NCBI GenBank assembly: GCA_034422935.1 | Contig: DAOUJH010000004.1 | Coordinates: forward strand, 5,269 to 69,268 | Reading direction: 5' to 3' | DNA from: Dehalococcoidia bacterium | GTDB taxonomy: Bacteria > Chloroflexota > Dehalococcoidia > Lucifugimonadales > QGNO01 | Length of the DNA stretch: 64,000 bases | Part shown: one piece after another, positions 1 through 9,948 of the stretch | Layout of the letters: each line of letters begins with the position of its first letter | Position numbering within the stretch: the stretch's first letter is position 1 | Translations under genes and position numbers: made by a program | Notes under the pieces: generated by a model | The model's database searches: none | Seen by the model: only the letters and a program-made list of their open reading frames with translations | What the model was told of the DNA's origin: nothing

Positions 1-2
1 CT

Positions 3-611
3 TTGGGGTACTCTTTCGCCGCGCCCATGGCCATCCTCTGCCGGCTCGGCCTGGTTCAGGATAGATCGGCGGACATGGAGGAAGCTGGACTTGTTCTCAG
101 AGAGCTGCGCGCGTCCCTTACCTCCAACGTCCCAACATCCCAAAACCCGGCCAAGCAGCTTGCGGTGGACCTATTCAACAGGCTCGTTGTAGTTTATGGA
201 GCAGGCCTCCTCTCCGGGGTGGCGCGACGTTGGAAGGTGCTTATCAACGAAAACAGCAAAGCCTGGGCCTTCGCCGAGGAGTTGCCTGAAGTCAACCACA
301 ACTCCATTGTGAGCTTTGTCAATACCGGTCTGGATTCCAATGGCATCGCCGTCATCCTTTTGCACTCCAACCTACTCCATCCCCGGGTCTCCTCGCACTA
401 CCGTCTGACCAGGGAGCTACTCGACAGCCATTCCTTGTTCAATTATCAGGTTGAAGCAATTGGGAAGTCACCCCTGGCCCAGGTTCTCAGCGCCACCTTA
501 ATAGGAGACTTTGTTAGCTACTACCTGGCCATACTCTACGGCATAGACCCGTCGGCAACACCCCTGCTGGATCAGGTGAAACAGCGCCTGAAGGCAATGG
601 AGGAGCAGTAG
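3..611 (+). CDS. bifunctional phosphoglucose/phosphomannose isomerase, C-terminal part (5' end lies outside the window)
   Basis: The ORF is open to the window edge. The stretch 'ARRWKVLINENSKAWAFAEELPEVNHNSIV' matches my memory of the PGI/PMI (SIS-type) C-terminal domain. Confidence 0.65.
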   Translation: MGYSFAAPMAILCRLGLVQDRSADMEEAGLVLRELRASLTSNVPTSQNPAKQLAVDLFNRLVVVYGAGLLSGVARRWKVLINENSKAWAFAEELPEVNHNSIVSFVNTGLDSNGIAVILLHSNLLHPRVSSHYRLTRELLDSHSLFNYQVEAIGKSPLAQVLSATLIGDFVSYYLAILYGIDPSATPLLDQVKQRLKAMEEQ

Positions 612-709
612 CCTCAGCCCTGGCAGAGGATGATTGAACAATTGTGCGACACTATGCTAAGTTTCGCCTTGCATCCTTGCAGTGCGACCGTTGAGAGGTA
701 ACGCTCCTG

Positions 710-1948
710 TTGTATGCTGAGATCATCGCCAGTGGAACGGAGTTGCTCATGGGGGAGATTCAGGACACGAACTCCTCGTGGCTGGCGTCACAGTTGCCCC
801 AGTTCGGTCTGGAAGTACGCCAGGCAACCCTGGTCGGCGATGATCCCGAGCGTTACGTAGAAGTCCTGTGGCGCTCTTGGCAACGGAACCAGTACACGTT
901 CACCACCGGAGGCCTTGGCCCCACCAGTGACGACGTCACCCGTGAAGCCATAGCACAGGTCTTCAGTGAACAGGCCTATGTAGACCCGCAGCAGTTGGAG
1001 CATCTCACTTCCATATTCAGGTCTCGCGGTAGTGAGATGCCGGCCAGCAACATCAAGCAGGCCTGGCTCATCCCATCCGCCAGCTCTATTCCCAATCGCA
1101 TGGGCACTGCGCCGGGTTGGTGGGCTGAGAAAGACGACAGGGTCATCGTAGCTATGCCGGGACCTCCCCGTGAGCTCAGGGACATCTGGGAACGGGAGGT
1201 GGCTCCCAGGCTGCGCCAGAGGATAGAGGGCAACGTGGTGCTTACCAAGACCCTCAAGACAATCGGCCTATCCGAAGGCGCGGTCGACGAAATGGCTGCA
1301 CCCGTTCTGGCCAGCGAAAATCCGTACGTTGGAGTCTACGCCAAGCCCGACGGCATACACCTGCGCATCATCTCACGCGGCCCCGACCACACCGAAGCCA
1401 ACAAGCTGCTCCTCTCCGTGGAGAACCGCTTGCGTCATATTTTCACCGATAGCATCTGGGGAATAGACGAGGAGACTGCGGAAAACAGCGTCGGCGAGCT
1501 ACTGAGACGTCGCGGTCTCACCTTGGCTACCATGGAGTCCTGTACCGGTGGCCTGCTCGCCGACTCCATCACCAACGTTGCCGGCAGCTCCGGTTATTTC
1601 AAGGGAGGTATAGTCTCCTACACCAACGAGCTGAAAGTCGCTCACGGTGTGCCCTCACGCCTCATCGAAGAGTACGGTGCGGTTAGCGCCCAAGTCGCCG
1701 AGACCATGGCCGAGGCTGTCCGCACAGAGCTTGGCGCGGACTACGGCCTGGGTATTACTGGCGTTGCCGGCCCCGATCCCCTGGAAGACAAACCGCCTGG
1801 AACCGTCTACATAGGGTTAGCCCGGTCTGGGAGCAAGGAGGCCGCCTACCACCGCTTCCCTTCCACCAGCCGGTCCCTGGTCAAGAACCGCGCCGTTATC
1901 ATGGCTCTGCTCACATTGAGGAACACCATAACCGGCGATCAGGTATAG
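710..1948 (+). CDS. cinA: CinA-family protein (MoCF-like domain plus PncC-type NMN amidohydrolase domain)
   Basis: 412-aa ORF with a TTG start. N-terminal 'AEIIASGTELLMGEIQDTNSSWLA' and C-terminal 'ESCTGGLLADSITNVAGSS ... GITGVAGP' are typical of CinA. Confidence 0.85.
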   Translation: MYAEIIASGTELLMGEIQDTNSSWLASQLPQFGLEVRQATLVGDDPERYVEVLWRSWQRNQYTFTTGGLGPTSDDVTREAIAQVFSEQAYVDPQQLEHLTSIFRSRGSEMPASNIKQAWLIPSASSIPNRMGTAPGWWAEKDDRVIVAMPGPPRELRDIWEREVAPRLRQRIEGNVVLTKTLKTIGLSEGAVDEMAAPVLASENPYVGVYAKPDGIHLRIISRGPDHTEANKLLLSVENRLRHIFTDSIWGIDEETAENSVGELLRRRGLTLATMESCTGGLLADSITNVAGSSGYFKGGIVSYTNELKVAHGVPSRLIEEYGAVSAQVAETMAEAVRTELGADYGLGITGVAGPDPLEDKPPGTVYIGLARSGSKEAAYHRFPSTSRSLVKNRAVIMALLTLRNTITGDQV

Positions 1949-1992
1949 CCTGGAGCAATCCCTAGTCCACTGATTAAACATAATGACCCTCA

Positions 1993-3777
1993 ATGAAAAG
2001 GAGTGAGATGTCTGTTCAGCGTTACTCGGTAAACCAGCACCCTATCGAAACACTATTAACTTGGATCAAATCTGAAGAGATCGCTATTCCTGAGATTCAG
2101 CGCCCTTTCGTCTGGAATGCGGCAAAGGTGCGTGACTTTATCGACTCGCTTTATAACGGCTATCCCGTCGGATATCTCATTGCTTGGCGAAATCCTGGAG
2201 TCCGCCTGAAGGACGGGACTCAATCAACCGGTAAGCGCATCTTGATTGACGGTCAGCAGCGTGTGACTGCCCTACTGGCTGCTTTGCTAGGGGAGCAGGT
2301 AGTTACCAAAGACTACAAGCGGACGAATATCTCTATAGCCTTTCATCCTGGGGAAGAACGCTTTGAGGTGACCAACGCCGCCATCCGTCGGGATCGGGGA
2401 TGGATTGCTGATATCTCCACTTGCTTTGCTCCTGACACGAAGATACTTCAGCTATTGGACGAGTACTGCAACGCGAACCCAGGCTTCAACAGAGACAACG
2501 TATACGAGTGCATGGAGAGCCTTAGAGGTATCCGCAATAACTCCTTGGGCCTTATTGAGTTAAACGCCGAACTAGACGTAGAGACAGTCGCAGAAATTGT
2601 CACGCTGAACGCAGCGGACTTCGCCATGTCCAAGATGGCCGCCAGCGAACAGTACGGTGGCCATCTGCTCCGAAAGTGTATCGACTACTTTTGCCACTTG
2701 TCGGTCGCGCCGGAAGATTACAGCGACTTGGCCAAGGATTATGACTTCGCATCTACGAAATACTTCCATGCAATGGACTGGCTTAAACACGAAAAGAGCG
2801 ACCTCTATGACCCCTCATATACTGACATGCTTAGGGTAGCCTCCACATCAAAGTTTAAGCGTGGACGTTTAGAAGACCTGGTTGCTCTGCTCTCAGGGCG
2901 CAATTTTGAGAAACGCACCTTTGAGGAAGCGATTGCAGAGGAGTCCTTCCATAAGCTCGAAGATGGGATTCTGAGCTATATGAATGAAACCAACTTCAAA
3001 AGGTTCCTAATGATATTGCGATCGGCAGGGTTCATAGATGCTTCATTGATCAGGTCCCAGAATACCGTGAATTTTGCCTATATCCTTTTCTTGATACTGC
3101 GTGAGCAACACGTGGTTCCGGAACAAATCGAGACCTTAGTACGCCGGTGGTTTGTAATGTCAGTCCTTACCGGTAGATACACAGGCGCTCCAGAAACCGC
3201 ATTCGGTTTAGATGTCCGCAACATTGACACACAGGGCGCAAGCGCGTATCTGGACACTATTGAACAAGCGGAGCTTTCGGATGCATTCTGGAGTGTCGGA
3301 CTTCCTCAGCAGATGGACACCTCGGTCGCCAGTAGTCCCTATTTCAACGTTTTTCTGGCGAGCCAGGTAAAGAGTAACGACAACGGATTCCTGTCAAAGG
3401 ACATTACGGTGCAGAACCTCATTGAAGGTCAGGGGCACGTACATCATGTATTCCCTCGTAATTATCTACAAAAAGAGGGACTGTCGAGGAGTAGATACAA
3501 CCAGATCGCCAATTATGTGGTAATGCAGAGCGAGATCAACATCGCCATAGGAGATAAACCTCCAAAGAGGTACTTCACCGAGTTATGGGAACAGTGCAGC
3601 AATAAGAAACCCCGTTATGGTGGAATAACTGATGCCGACCAGTTGCAAGCTAACTTTACTGCCCACTGTATCCCACGTGAGATGGAGGCTAAAGTCGTAG
3701 AAGATTACGACGAATTCCTAAAAGAACGGAGAATGCTCATGAGTGCCAAGATACGGGACTACTACCGGACACTCTAG
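1993..3777 (+). CDS. DUF262/DUF1524 protein, GmrSD/SspE-like putative type IV (modification-dependent) restriction enzyme
   Basis: The N-terminus has the ParB-like DUF262 motif '[34 protein letters not shown] ... LIDGQQR'. The C-terminus has a His-Me/DUF1524-like motif '[12 protein letters not shown] ... [10 protein letters not shown]'. The gene is visibly AT-richer than its neighbours. Confidence 0.75.
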   Translation: MKRSEMSVQRYSVNQHPIETLLTWIKSEEIAIPEIQRPFVWNAAKVRDFIDSLYNGYPVGYLIAWRNPGVRLKDGTQSTGKRILIDGQQRVTALLAALLGEQVVTKDYKRTNISIAFHPGEERFEVTNAAIRRDRGWIADISTCFAPDTKILQLLDEYCNANPGFNRDNVYECMESLRGIRNNSLGLIELNAELDVETVAEIVTLNAADFAMSKMAASEQYGGHLLRKCIDYFCHLSVAPEDYSDLAKDYDFASTKYFHAMDWLKHEKSDLYDPSYTDMLRVASTSKFKRGRLEDLVALLSGRNFEKRTFEEAIAEESFHKLEDGILSYMNETNFKRFLMILRSAGFIDASLIRSQNTVNFAYILFLILREQHVVPEQIETLVRRWFVMSVLTGRYTGAPETAFGLDVRNIDTQGASAYLDTIEQAELSDAFWSVGLPQQMDTSVASSPYFNVFLASQVKSNDNGFLSKDITVQNLIEGQGHVHHVFPRNYLQKEGLSRSRYNQIANYVVMQSEINIAIGDKPPKRYFTELWEQCSNKKPRYGGITDADQLQANFTAHCIPREMEAKVVEDYDEFLKERRMLMSAKIRDYYRTL

Positions 3778-3817
3778 CGTTGGCGACAAACCTTGCGAAC
3801 ACTTGGGGCCAGATGCC

Positions 3818-6800
3818 TTACACCGTCAGCTTTCGATACAGCGTGGGCAACCGGGCCGGAAGGGCGCTGATGTCGTCCAGCACCTCATAGCCCATGTCTT
3901 GGCACATGGTCGCCAGGTAATCGTGTCCGGCCTTGTCCACGGTCAAGCAGAACGGCGTGATGTTCTTTCTCCTGGCCTCCGTCAGCGCCATCTTGGTGTC
4001 GTGGACCGCGTACTCCTTTTCCACGCCCTCGCGGCTGTATCCCCTGTCCTGCGGTCGGCCGTCGCTGATCAGGAACAGCAGCTTGGTGCGGGAGTCCTGC
4101 TTGTCCAGCTTGGTAACGGCGTGCCTTATAGCGGGGCCCATGCGCGTGGCGTGCAGCGGCGTAACGCGGTCGATTCTCTTCTTGACCCGCTCCGATAGTT
4201 TTTCGTCTATGTCCTTGATGGTGTAGAACTCAACGTTCTCCCGCCCGTAGCCGGAGAAGCCGTATATGCCGTACACGTCCCCTATTGTTTCCAGGGCGTT
4301 GATGAGCAGCACCAGTCCCTCTTTCTCAAGGTCTATTATCCGCTTGTAGCTGCGTTTGTGGCCCTCTAGCCTTCTGCTGCGCAGCCAGGCCATGTACTCC
4401 ACCGGATCGTCCGGCGCATCCCAGCTGTCTCGCCTTGTATCGTCTATCGACTCCGCCGTGGATGCGCTCATGTCCAGCAGGAACACCACCGAAACGTCTC
4501 GCTCCACCTTGTTGCGGCGCCAGTGCACCTTATCGGACGGCGACTCCCCGGCCCACTTGTCTATGATCGACTCTATGACCGCATCCAGATCGAAGTCTTC
4601 GCCGTCGGGCAAATGTTTGGTCTTGCGGTACACCTCTGGGGCCAGCATCTCGAACTGCCGCCGGATCCGGCTCACCAGGCTTGAATGAGTGCGCAGGGTA
4701 TCCGTAAAGAACTGCGAATCTCCCTCTGGCACCCACTTCTCGCGCACCACGCACCACCGCGGCTTGTAATCATCGGCGCGGAAGTCCCATTCGTCGTACA
4801 GGTAGGTCTGCGGCTCCCCAATCTCGATGGGGTACCCCTCTTCGTCCACGTGGGGAATCATCCCCTGCCCTTTCCCCGAATCGGGGGTCTGTCCGCTGCC
4901 TATCTCCTGCACGATGTTCTGAATCAACGCGCCCAGGTTTTCGGGTGAAGCCTCCTCCGACCCTTCCACCATGTCCAGTTCCGCGCTGTTGGCCAGTAGT
5001 TGCTCCAACTCCTCCTTGGATAGGTTGGAAGCGCCTTCCTGGCCCTGTGTTTGCCCTTGCTGCATTCGCAGCGCCGACAGCAGCTGGCTCAGCTCAGGTT
5101 TGAAGTCGCCTCGGTAGTCCACCTGCGGCGGCGATTCGTACTCCTCCTCGTCGTCCCCCGTCTGCAGTTCGCTGGGCGTGGAAGCCTCGTCGGAGCCTTG
5201 GATCTCCTCCAAGATGCTCTCCAACTCCTCTTCCGTCATCTCATTGTCCTCTAGGTCAAGCTCAGTCCACTCCTCCTCCGGCAGCTCCACGTTCGGCATC
5301 TCCGCGATGAGGTCGTATATGCGTATGGTTGCCTCTGTGGAGTCCTCGACGGAGGCGTCCTTGACAAGGATCCGTTTGAAAATCTTTGCCGCCGCCTTGG
5401 CTCGGTCCAGGTACTGCTTCGGCGCGGGCAGTCCCTTGTTCTGCTGCAGGCTCAGCCGCACCAGGAACTCCACCATGGCTTCTTGCAGCGGCATCTCCTC
5501 TATCTCCGGCCTAGTCTGCAGGGCGTCCTGCTGCACCTGCGTGTAGGCTGGGGCAAGGCCGGGATACTCGCTGCGGATCCTGTGGTCAAGCCTGCCGTCT
5601 TCGACTACGGTGAATATGTCCAGCGCCAAACGGCGATTGTCGAAAAGGTTGAAGAAACGCTCCATGTCGGTGAGAAACGCCCGCTCGACCGCGCCGGAAT
5701 CCTCGCCAATCAGTGGCAGTTGCGCCGGAACGGGGGCCTCCTTGCCGTTCGTCTGCCCGGCTCTTTCCCGGCGGTTGTCGGCAAACAGCGACGACGGCCT
5801 ATCGAAGACGAAGTCAAAGCTGCCAAACTCTATGTGAGCCACCTGGTGCGTGCACACGACCTTGAACAGCGAGAAGTTACTCTCCTTGCTGTCGTACTTG
5901 TCCATTTCGCCCGGCAGGTAGACGACGCTTCCTTCTGTGGTTGCGTGGTACTCAGAGACCCACCCGATATTCTTGGACAGCAGCTCTCTGGCGGGAGCAA
6001 TCTCCACTCCGGCCCCGGCCAGCGCCCGGCAGTACATGCCAAGCAGCCCTTTGATCTTGTCCAGCTCAATTGCCGTGGACAGGCTCTCCAGTACCGCCTC
6101 CGATGTGTTGGACTCGATTTTGAAGTAGGCCAGCCCCCCGTCAGGGTTCTCGCTAAGGATGGTCACTCCCCTATCGAACCATGCTCTAACCTGGTCCTGG
6201 CTCATCCTTTCCAGCAGTTCGGGGGCGCTCTTTAGGAACGCCGCCACAGCGTCGTGCGACATGGGCAACAGCACTTCCGCCATGCTTAGCAGACGGCTCT
6301 GCCCGGGGCCGTCTACCCGCGACATTGGCCCAACCGTCTCATTGATGAACAGGCTGATGTTGGATATCCCGCCGCGCACCATAGCCGCCGATATATCCAA
6401 GAAGCGGCCCCGGTGGTCCTTGTGCAGCGGCGCTACTATCTTGGAGGCCGATTCGAAGCTGCTCTTCACTTCCCGCCAGTTGCTTTCGGCTACCACCTGC
6501 GACAAGTTGATCAACGACATCATGCCGTCGCCGAATTGCGGCAACACCTGCTGTCCCAGGACAAGGCAGTCCGCCGCTACTTCGGTTGACTTCTGCGAAA
6601 GTGAATTTATCAGCTGCGCAAATTTGCCCAGCTCCTGGAATGTCATGTATTCCAGCATCTCGGAGCTGACTTCAAAGAACTTGGCGGCCAAGGCCCCGGA
6701 CTTCCAGGTCCCCCTGTACAATCCCCGGCCAAGATTTGCCCATTCTTGAACGTATTCCGGCTTCAATATCCCGGCGCTCTTTGTGCTGGCCCTGAAGAAC

Positions 6801-7096
6801 GCGGACCCCAGGGTGGGAGAGTCCAGGCACAGGGCGGCGCCGCTTCTTCCCCAATCGGAGAGTTGGGACGGGTTCAAATGAGGCCTTACCTGGGGAGTTG
6901 CCCTGTAGTACTCGGAAGCGGTCTCCCAAGACCTCACGCTCTGCTGGGCTATGTCCAATCCGTGCTGCGCCCAGGTCAACAACTCCGTCTCCGTGAGATC
7001 GGGCGATATTGCGTCAACGGCGCGGCGAAACTCTTCACGCACTGAAGGCTGGAAGCGAGTCAACTCCTCTTCTATTTGCTGTAGCCTCGGAGTCAT
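3818..7096 (-). CDS. large VWA-domain protein, CbbO/NorD-like partner of the adjacent CbbQ/NorQ ATPase
   Basis: 1092-aa ORF. Its C-terminal VWA domain has the MIDAS motif 'VVFLLDMSAST' and 'LLFLISDGRPQD'. A long helical N-terminus and an acidic linker 'EEWTELDLEDNEMTEEELESILEE' precede it. Its start overlaps the stop of the upstream NUDIX gene (ATGA). Confidence 0.75.
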   Translation of the reverse strand: MTPRLQQIEEELTRFQPSVREEFRRAVDAISPDLTETELLTWAQHGLDIAQQSVRSWETASEYYRATPQVRPHLNPSQLSDWGRSGAALCLDSPTLGSAFFRASTKSAGILKPEYVQEWANLGRGLYRGTWKSGALAAKFFEVSSEMLEYMTFQELGKFAQLINSLSQKSTEVAADCLVLGQQVLPQFGDGMMSLINLSQVVAESNWREVKSSFESASKIVAPLHKDHRGRFLDISAAMVRGGISNISLFINETVGPMSRVDGPGQSRLLSMAEVLLPMSHDAVAAFLKSAPELLERMSQDQVRAWFDRGVTILSENPDGGLAYFKIESNTSEAVLESLSTAIELDKIKGLLGMYCRALAGAGVEIAPARELLSKNIGWVSEYHATTEGSVVYLPGEMDKYDSKESNFSLFKVVCTHQVAHIEFGSFDFVFDRPSSLFADNRRERAGQTNGKEAPVPAQLPLIGEDSGAVERAFLTDMERFFNLFDNRRLALDIFTVVEDGRLDHRIRSEYPGLAPAYTQVQQDALQTRPEIEEMPLQEAMVEFLVRLSLQQNKGLPAPKQYLDRAKAAAKIFKRILVKDASVEDSTEATIRIYDLIAEMPNVELPEEEWTELDLEDNEMTEEELESILEEIQGSDEASTPSELQTGDDEEEYESPPQVDYRGDFKPELSQLLSALRMQQGQTQGQEGASNLSKEELEQLLANSAELDMVEGSEEASPENLGALIQNIVQEIGSGQTPDSGKGQGMIPHVDEEGYPIEIGEPQTYLYDEWDFRADDYKPRWCVVREKWVPEGDSQFFTDTLRTHSSLVSRIRRQFEMLAPEVYRKTKHLPDGEDFDLDAVIESIIDKWAGESPSDKVHWRRNKVERDVSVVFLLDMSASTAESIDDTRRDSWDAPDDPVEYMAWLRSRRLEGHKRSYKRIIDLEKEGLVLLINALETIGDVYGIYGFSGYGRENVEFYTIKDIDEKLSERVKKRIDRVTPLHATRMGPAIRHAVTKLDKQDSRTKLLFLISDGRPQDRGYSREGVEKEYAVHDTKMALTEARRKNITPFCLTVDKAGHDYLATMCQDMGYEVLDDISALPARLPTLYRKLTV

Positions 7097-7749
7097 CCGT
7101 TCTCCACCTTCTTGGCTAGTCCCAGGTCGCCCACCGCATCCAGGAACTGCTCCAGTATCCGTGCCGTGGCTCCAAAGATTTTGTGCTCTCCAAAGGAGTA
7201 GACCTTGGAGTGCGCCCAGTCTGCATCCGCCACGTTTCGCCTGTCCAGCAGCGACGACACCGGCGCCTCCAACACCTCCGCAACCTCGTCTTCGTTTGGG
7301 CTAAACTCGTACGGATACGGAATTGTTCCCACGAACGGCCTGATTACGAATCCCGCTCGCGTGGTTGTCTCGTCGAGTTCTCCCAGCACCGTCACCGACG
7401 CAGGGCTTATTCCCATCTCCTCGTGCGTTTCCCTGAGCGCCGTTTCCAGGAGACCGGAGTCCCCGTCATCCATACCGCCGCCGGGGAAGCATATCTCTCC
7501 CTTGTTGAACTCGACCTTGTTAGTCCGTTTGTTGAACAGGACCGCGTATTCGCCGTCCTTGCAGTACAGGAGCAGGAGCACCGCCGAACGCCTTAGACCC
7601 TGCTCCGATATCTTCCGCGCCTCTGCGCCGGACAGCGCCAGGCGCACCCGTTCAAGCTCCCTGCCGACTGGGGGTATAGTGGTCTCCGCTACTCTATTCG
7701 AAGATGGAATTGACAACCTCTTCAATGCTCTCTTGGACTTCAAAGTCAT
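7093..7749 (-). CDS. NUDIX hydrolase, CoA-pyrophosphatase-like
   Basis: Nudix box '[25 protein letters not shown]' is preceded by '[22 protein letters not shown]'. The track start overlaps the upstream gene by 56 nt. An in-frame GTG at 7647 is an alternative start. Confidence 0.8.
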   Translation of the reverse strand: MTLKSKRALKRLSIPSSNRVAETTIPPVGRELERVRLALSGAEARKISEQGLRRSAVLLLLYCKDGEYAVLFNKRTNKVEFNKGEICFPGGGMDDGDSGLLETALRETHEEMGISPASVTVLGELDETTTRAGFVIRPFVGTIPYPYEFSPNEDEVAEVLEAPVSSLLDRRNVADADWAHSKVYSFGEHKIFGATARILEQFLDAVGDLGLAKKVENG

Positions 7750-8587
7750 CGGTCACGCCCCAGACCACCGCAATCTGGCAAGCCCTTCTCGGCGTTATGC
7801 CCTGGTTGATCAGCTTGCCGGCGTAGATCAGCAGCCTGGTGCTGGCGCCTTCCTGCAGGCCGTGGTCCTTGAGGTTGCGCACCTTTTCCCCCAGCTTGGC
7901 TAGGGAGTCCGCCATCTCAGGCGATACACCGCTCTCATGTTGCACAACCTGGGCTTCAACTTCCTTGGTTGGGTAGTTGAACTCCAGGGAGACGAATCTC
8001 TGTCTTGTGCTGTGTTTCAGGTCTTTCAAAGCGCTCTGATAACCGGGGTTGTACGAAATGCAGAGCAGGAAGCCGTCCGCGGCCTCTATCACCTGGCCGC
8101 GCTTCTCAATGGGCAGGAAGCGCCTGTGGTCGGTGAGAGGGTGAATCAGCACGGTGGTGTCCTTGCGCGCCTCCACTATCTCATCCAGGTAGCAGATGCC
8201 CCCCGCTTTTACCGCTCTGGTCAAGGGGCCGTCTATCCACTTCGTCTCCTCGCCTTCTAAGAGGTATCTGCCGACCAGGTCGCTGGCGGTCAGGTCCTCG
8301 TGGCACGCTATGGTTACCAGCGGTATGGCGCCGTCTTCGTTCCCCTGGCCTTTGTTGCCCTTCACGGCGGTAAGGGGACGCCCCAGGCGCCAGGCCATGT
8401 GCTCGATGAATCGGGTCTTGCCGCACCCCGTTGGCCCCTTCAGCAGCACGGGAATCTTGGATTCGTAGGCGGCTTCAAATAGCTCTATCTCATCTGCTAC
8501 GGAGACGTAGTACGGTTCCTCTTCCACCACGTATTCCTCTATGAGGAACTCTCTGTAAACGCTTCTTGTCCCTTTTGCTAGTGTCAA
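7694..8587 (-). CDS. CbbQ/NirQ/NorQ/GpvN-family MoxR-type AAA+ ATPase
   Basis: Walker A '[25 protein letters not shown]' and '[18 protein letters not shown]' are characteristic of the CbbQ/NorQ subfamily. The TTG start overlaps the coaE stop (TTGA). Confidence 0.85.
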   Translation of the reverse strand: MTLAKGTRSVYREFLIEEYVVEEEPYYVSVADEIELFEAAYESKIPVLLKGPTGCGKTRFIEHMAWRLGRPLTAVKGNKGQGNEDGAIPLVTIACHEDLTASDLVGRYLLEGEETKWIDGPLTRAVKAGGICYLDEIVEARKDTTVLIHPLTDHRRFLPIEKRGQVIEAADGFLLCISYNPGYQSALKDLKHSTRQRFVSLEFNYPTKEVEAQVVQHESGVSPEMADSLAKLGEKVRNLKDHGLQEGASTRLLIYAGKLINQGITPRRACQIAVVWGVTDDFEVQESIEEVVNSIFE

Positions 8588-9189
8588 CTATGCCTCCCTT
8601 GCAATCGGCTGTTCCAGAGTTCTTCGAGGCGAAGCCTCAAAGCCTCAAGGTCGCCTGTATTCTCTATGACCTCGCTGGCGTGTTTGGCCCTCTCTTCATT
8701 CGACAACTGAGACCGCAGACGTTTCCTGATCTCCTCTTCAGCCAGCCCGTTTCTCTGCTGAATGCGATCCACCGCCACCTCTTCGGGTACCTCCAGCATC
8801 CACGCCTCGTCGACCAGGGATATCCAACCGGCCTCTATCAGAATGGCCGCTTCCAGGACGACAACCTGTGCGCCTTTGGCCTCCAGCTCCCTGAGACGCT
8901 CCTCCATCATCGCGTGCATCCTGGGATGCATGATGGCGTTCAGCTTGGCCATCTCATCGGGATTGGAAAAGACAATCGCTCCCAGCTTTCTGCGGTCTAT
9001 CTGGCCGTCCGGCTGCAGGATATCCTCGCCAAAGGTCTCTACAACCTGTTTCCAAGCATCGGTGTGGGGTTCATATGCCTGATGGCCCACCTGGTCGGCG
9101 ATTATGACTTCCGCGCCCATCTCCTGGAGGATGCGGCTTGCCTCTGTTTTGCCAGAACCGATGCCGCCGCTCAGGCCTATGGTTATCAT
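8584..9189 (-). CDS. coaE: dephospho-CoA kinase
   Basis: P-loop '[21 protein letters not shown]'. I moved the start to the ATG at 9189 (Met22 of the track ORF); the track extension runs into the repeat region. Confidence 0.85.
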   Translation of the reverse strand: MITIGLSGGIGSGKTEASRILQEMGAEVIIADQVGHQAYEPHTDAWKQVVETFGEDILQPDGQIDRRKLGAIVFSNPDEMAKLNAIMHPRMHAMMEERLRELEAKGAQVVVLEAAILIEAGWISLVDEAWMLEVPEEVAVDRIQQRNGLAEEEIRKRLRSQLSNEERAKHASEVIENTGDLEALRLRLEELWNSRLQGRHS

Positions 9190-9287
9190 TCTCCTCCCGT
9201 CCCTGGCGAAAACGTAAAGGCCATTGTAGCAATCGGCTTTGCATAGGGTCAAGGAAAAGCCCGGACGGCATCCAGGACAGCCTCCAC

Positions 9288-9948
9288 CGTCATTCCCGAC
9301 CCCGATCGGGAATCCATCCCCCCGGCGTGGTTCGACGAGCTCACCACGAACGGGTGTGGGCGGGTAATATCCCCGCCAACTGTCATTCTGAACGGAGTGA
9401 AGAATCCAAAAGCTTATGCCCGCAAAGTCGCGCCGTCTTAAACAAACCGCCTTGGATTCTTCTTCGCTTCACTCATCAGAATGACCCGTCCCCACCCCGG
9501 CGTGGTTCGACGAGCTCACCACGAACGAGTGGCCGTCCCGCCACCCCTGGGTACCCGCCTTCGCGGGCACGACGGATGGGGTGGCGTTCAACGGTTTTGG
9601 ATTCTTCGACTCCGCTCCGCTGCGCTCAGAATGACCCGCCCCACCCCGGCGTGGTTCGACAGGCCTGTCCTGAGCCTAGCCGAAGGGCTCACCACGAGCG
9701 GACTTTGGAGTCCGCTGGCCCCGCCCACACAACACCGTTCGCCCTGAGTTTATCGAAGGGCGCCCCCCCGGCGTGGTTCGACGAGCTCACCACGAACGGA
9801 TACCCGTTTCCACCCCTGGATACCCGCCTGCGCGGGCAAGACGAACGGACACATGCTCCCGTTCCCTCCCGTCATTCCCGACCCCGATCGGGAATCCATC
9901 CCCCCGAGCGGGGGCTTTGGTATCCTCTCACTCCGCACTTGAATCCCC
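9288..9948. repeat. intergenic mosaic of at least three short GC-rich hairpin-repeat families
   Basis: R1 'ccccggcgtggttcgacgagctcaccacgaacg' occurs at 9320, 9495, 9644 (interrupted by a 27-nt insert) and 9766. R2 'gtcattcccgaccccgatcgggaatccatcc' occurs at 9289 and 9870, and 'gg(g/a)tacccgcct(t/g)cgcgggca(c/a)gacg' at 9549 and 9818. R3 'ggattcttc...tcagaatgac' occurs at 9382 (inverted), 9452 and 9595. Confidence 0.85.
9382..9485. repeat. composite element, copy A: two inverted R3 hairpin units flanking a ~40-nt core
   Basis: 'gtcattctgaacggagtgaagaatccaa' + 42 nt + 'ttggattcttcttcgcttcactcatcagaatgac'. The same architecture recurs at 46580-46689. Confidence 0.7.

Noticed and set aside
9320-9798. 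Possible CRISPR array, based on four copies of a 33-nt repeat
   Set aside because: Repeat spacing is irregular (175, 149 and 122 nt). The spacers are themselves other repeat families, and one repeat is interrupted. No cas genes are present in the window.
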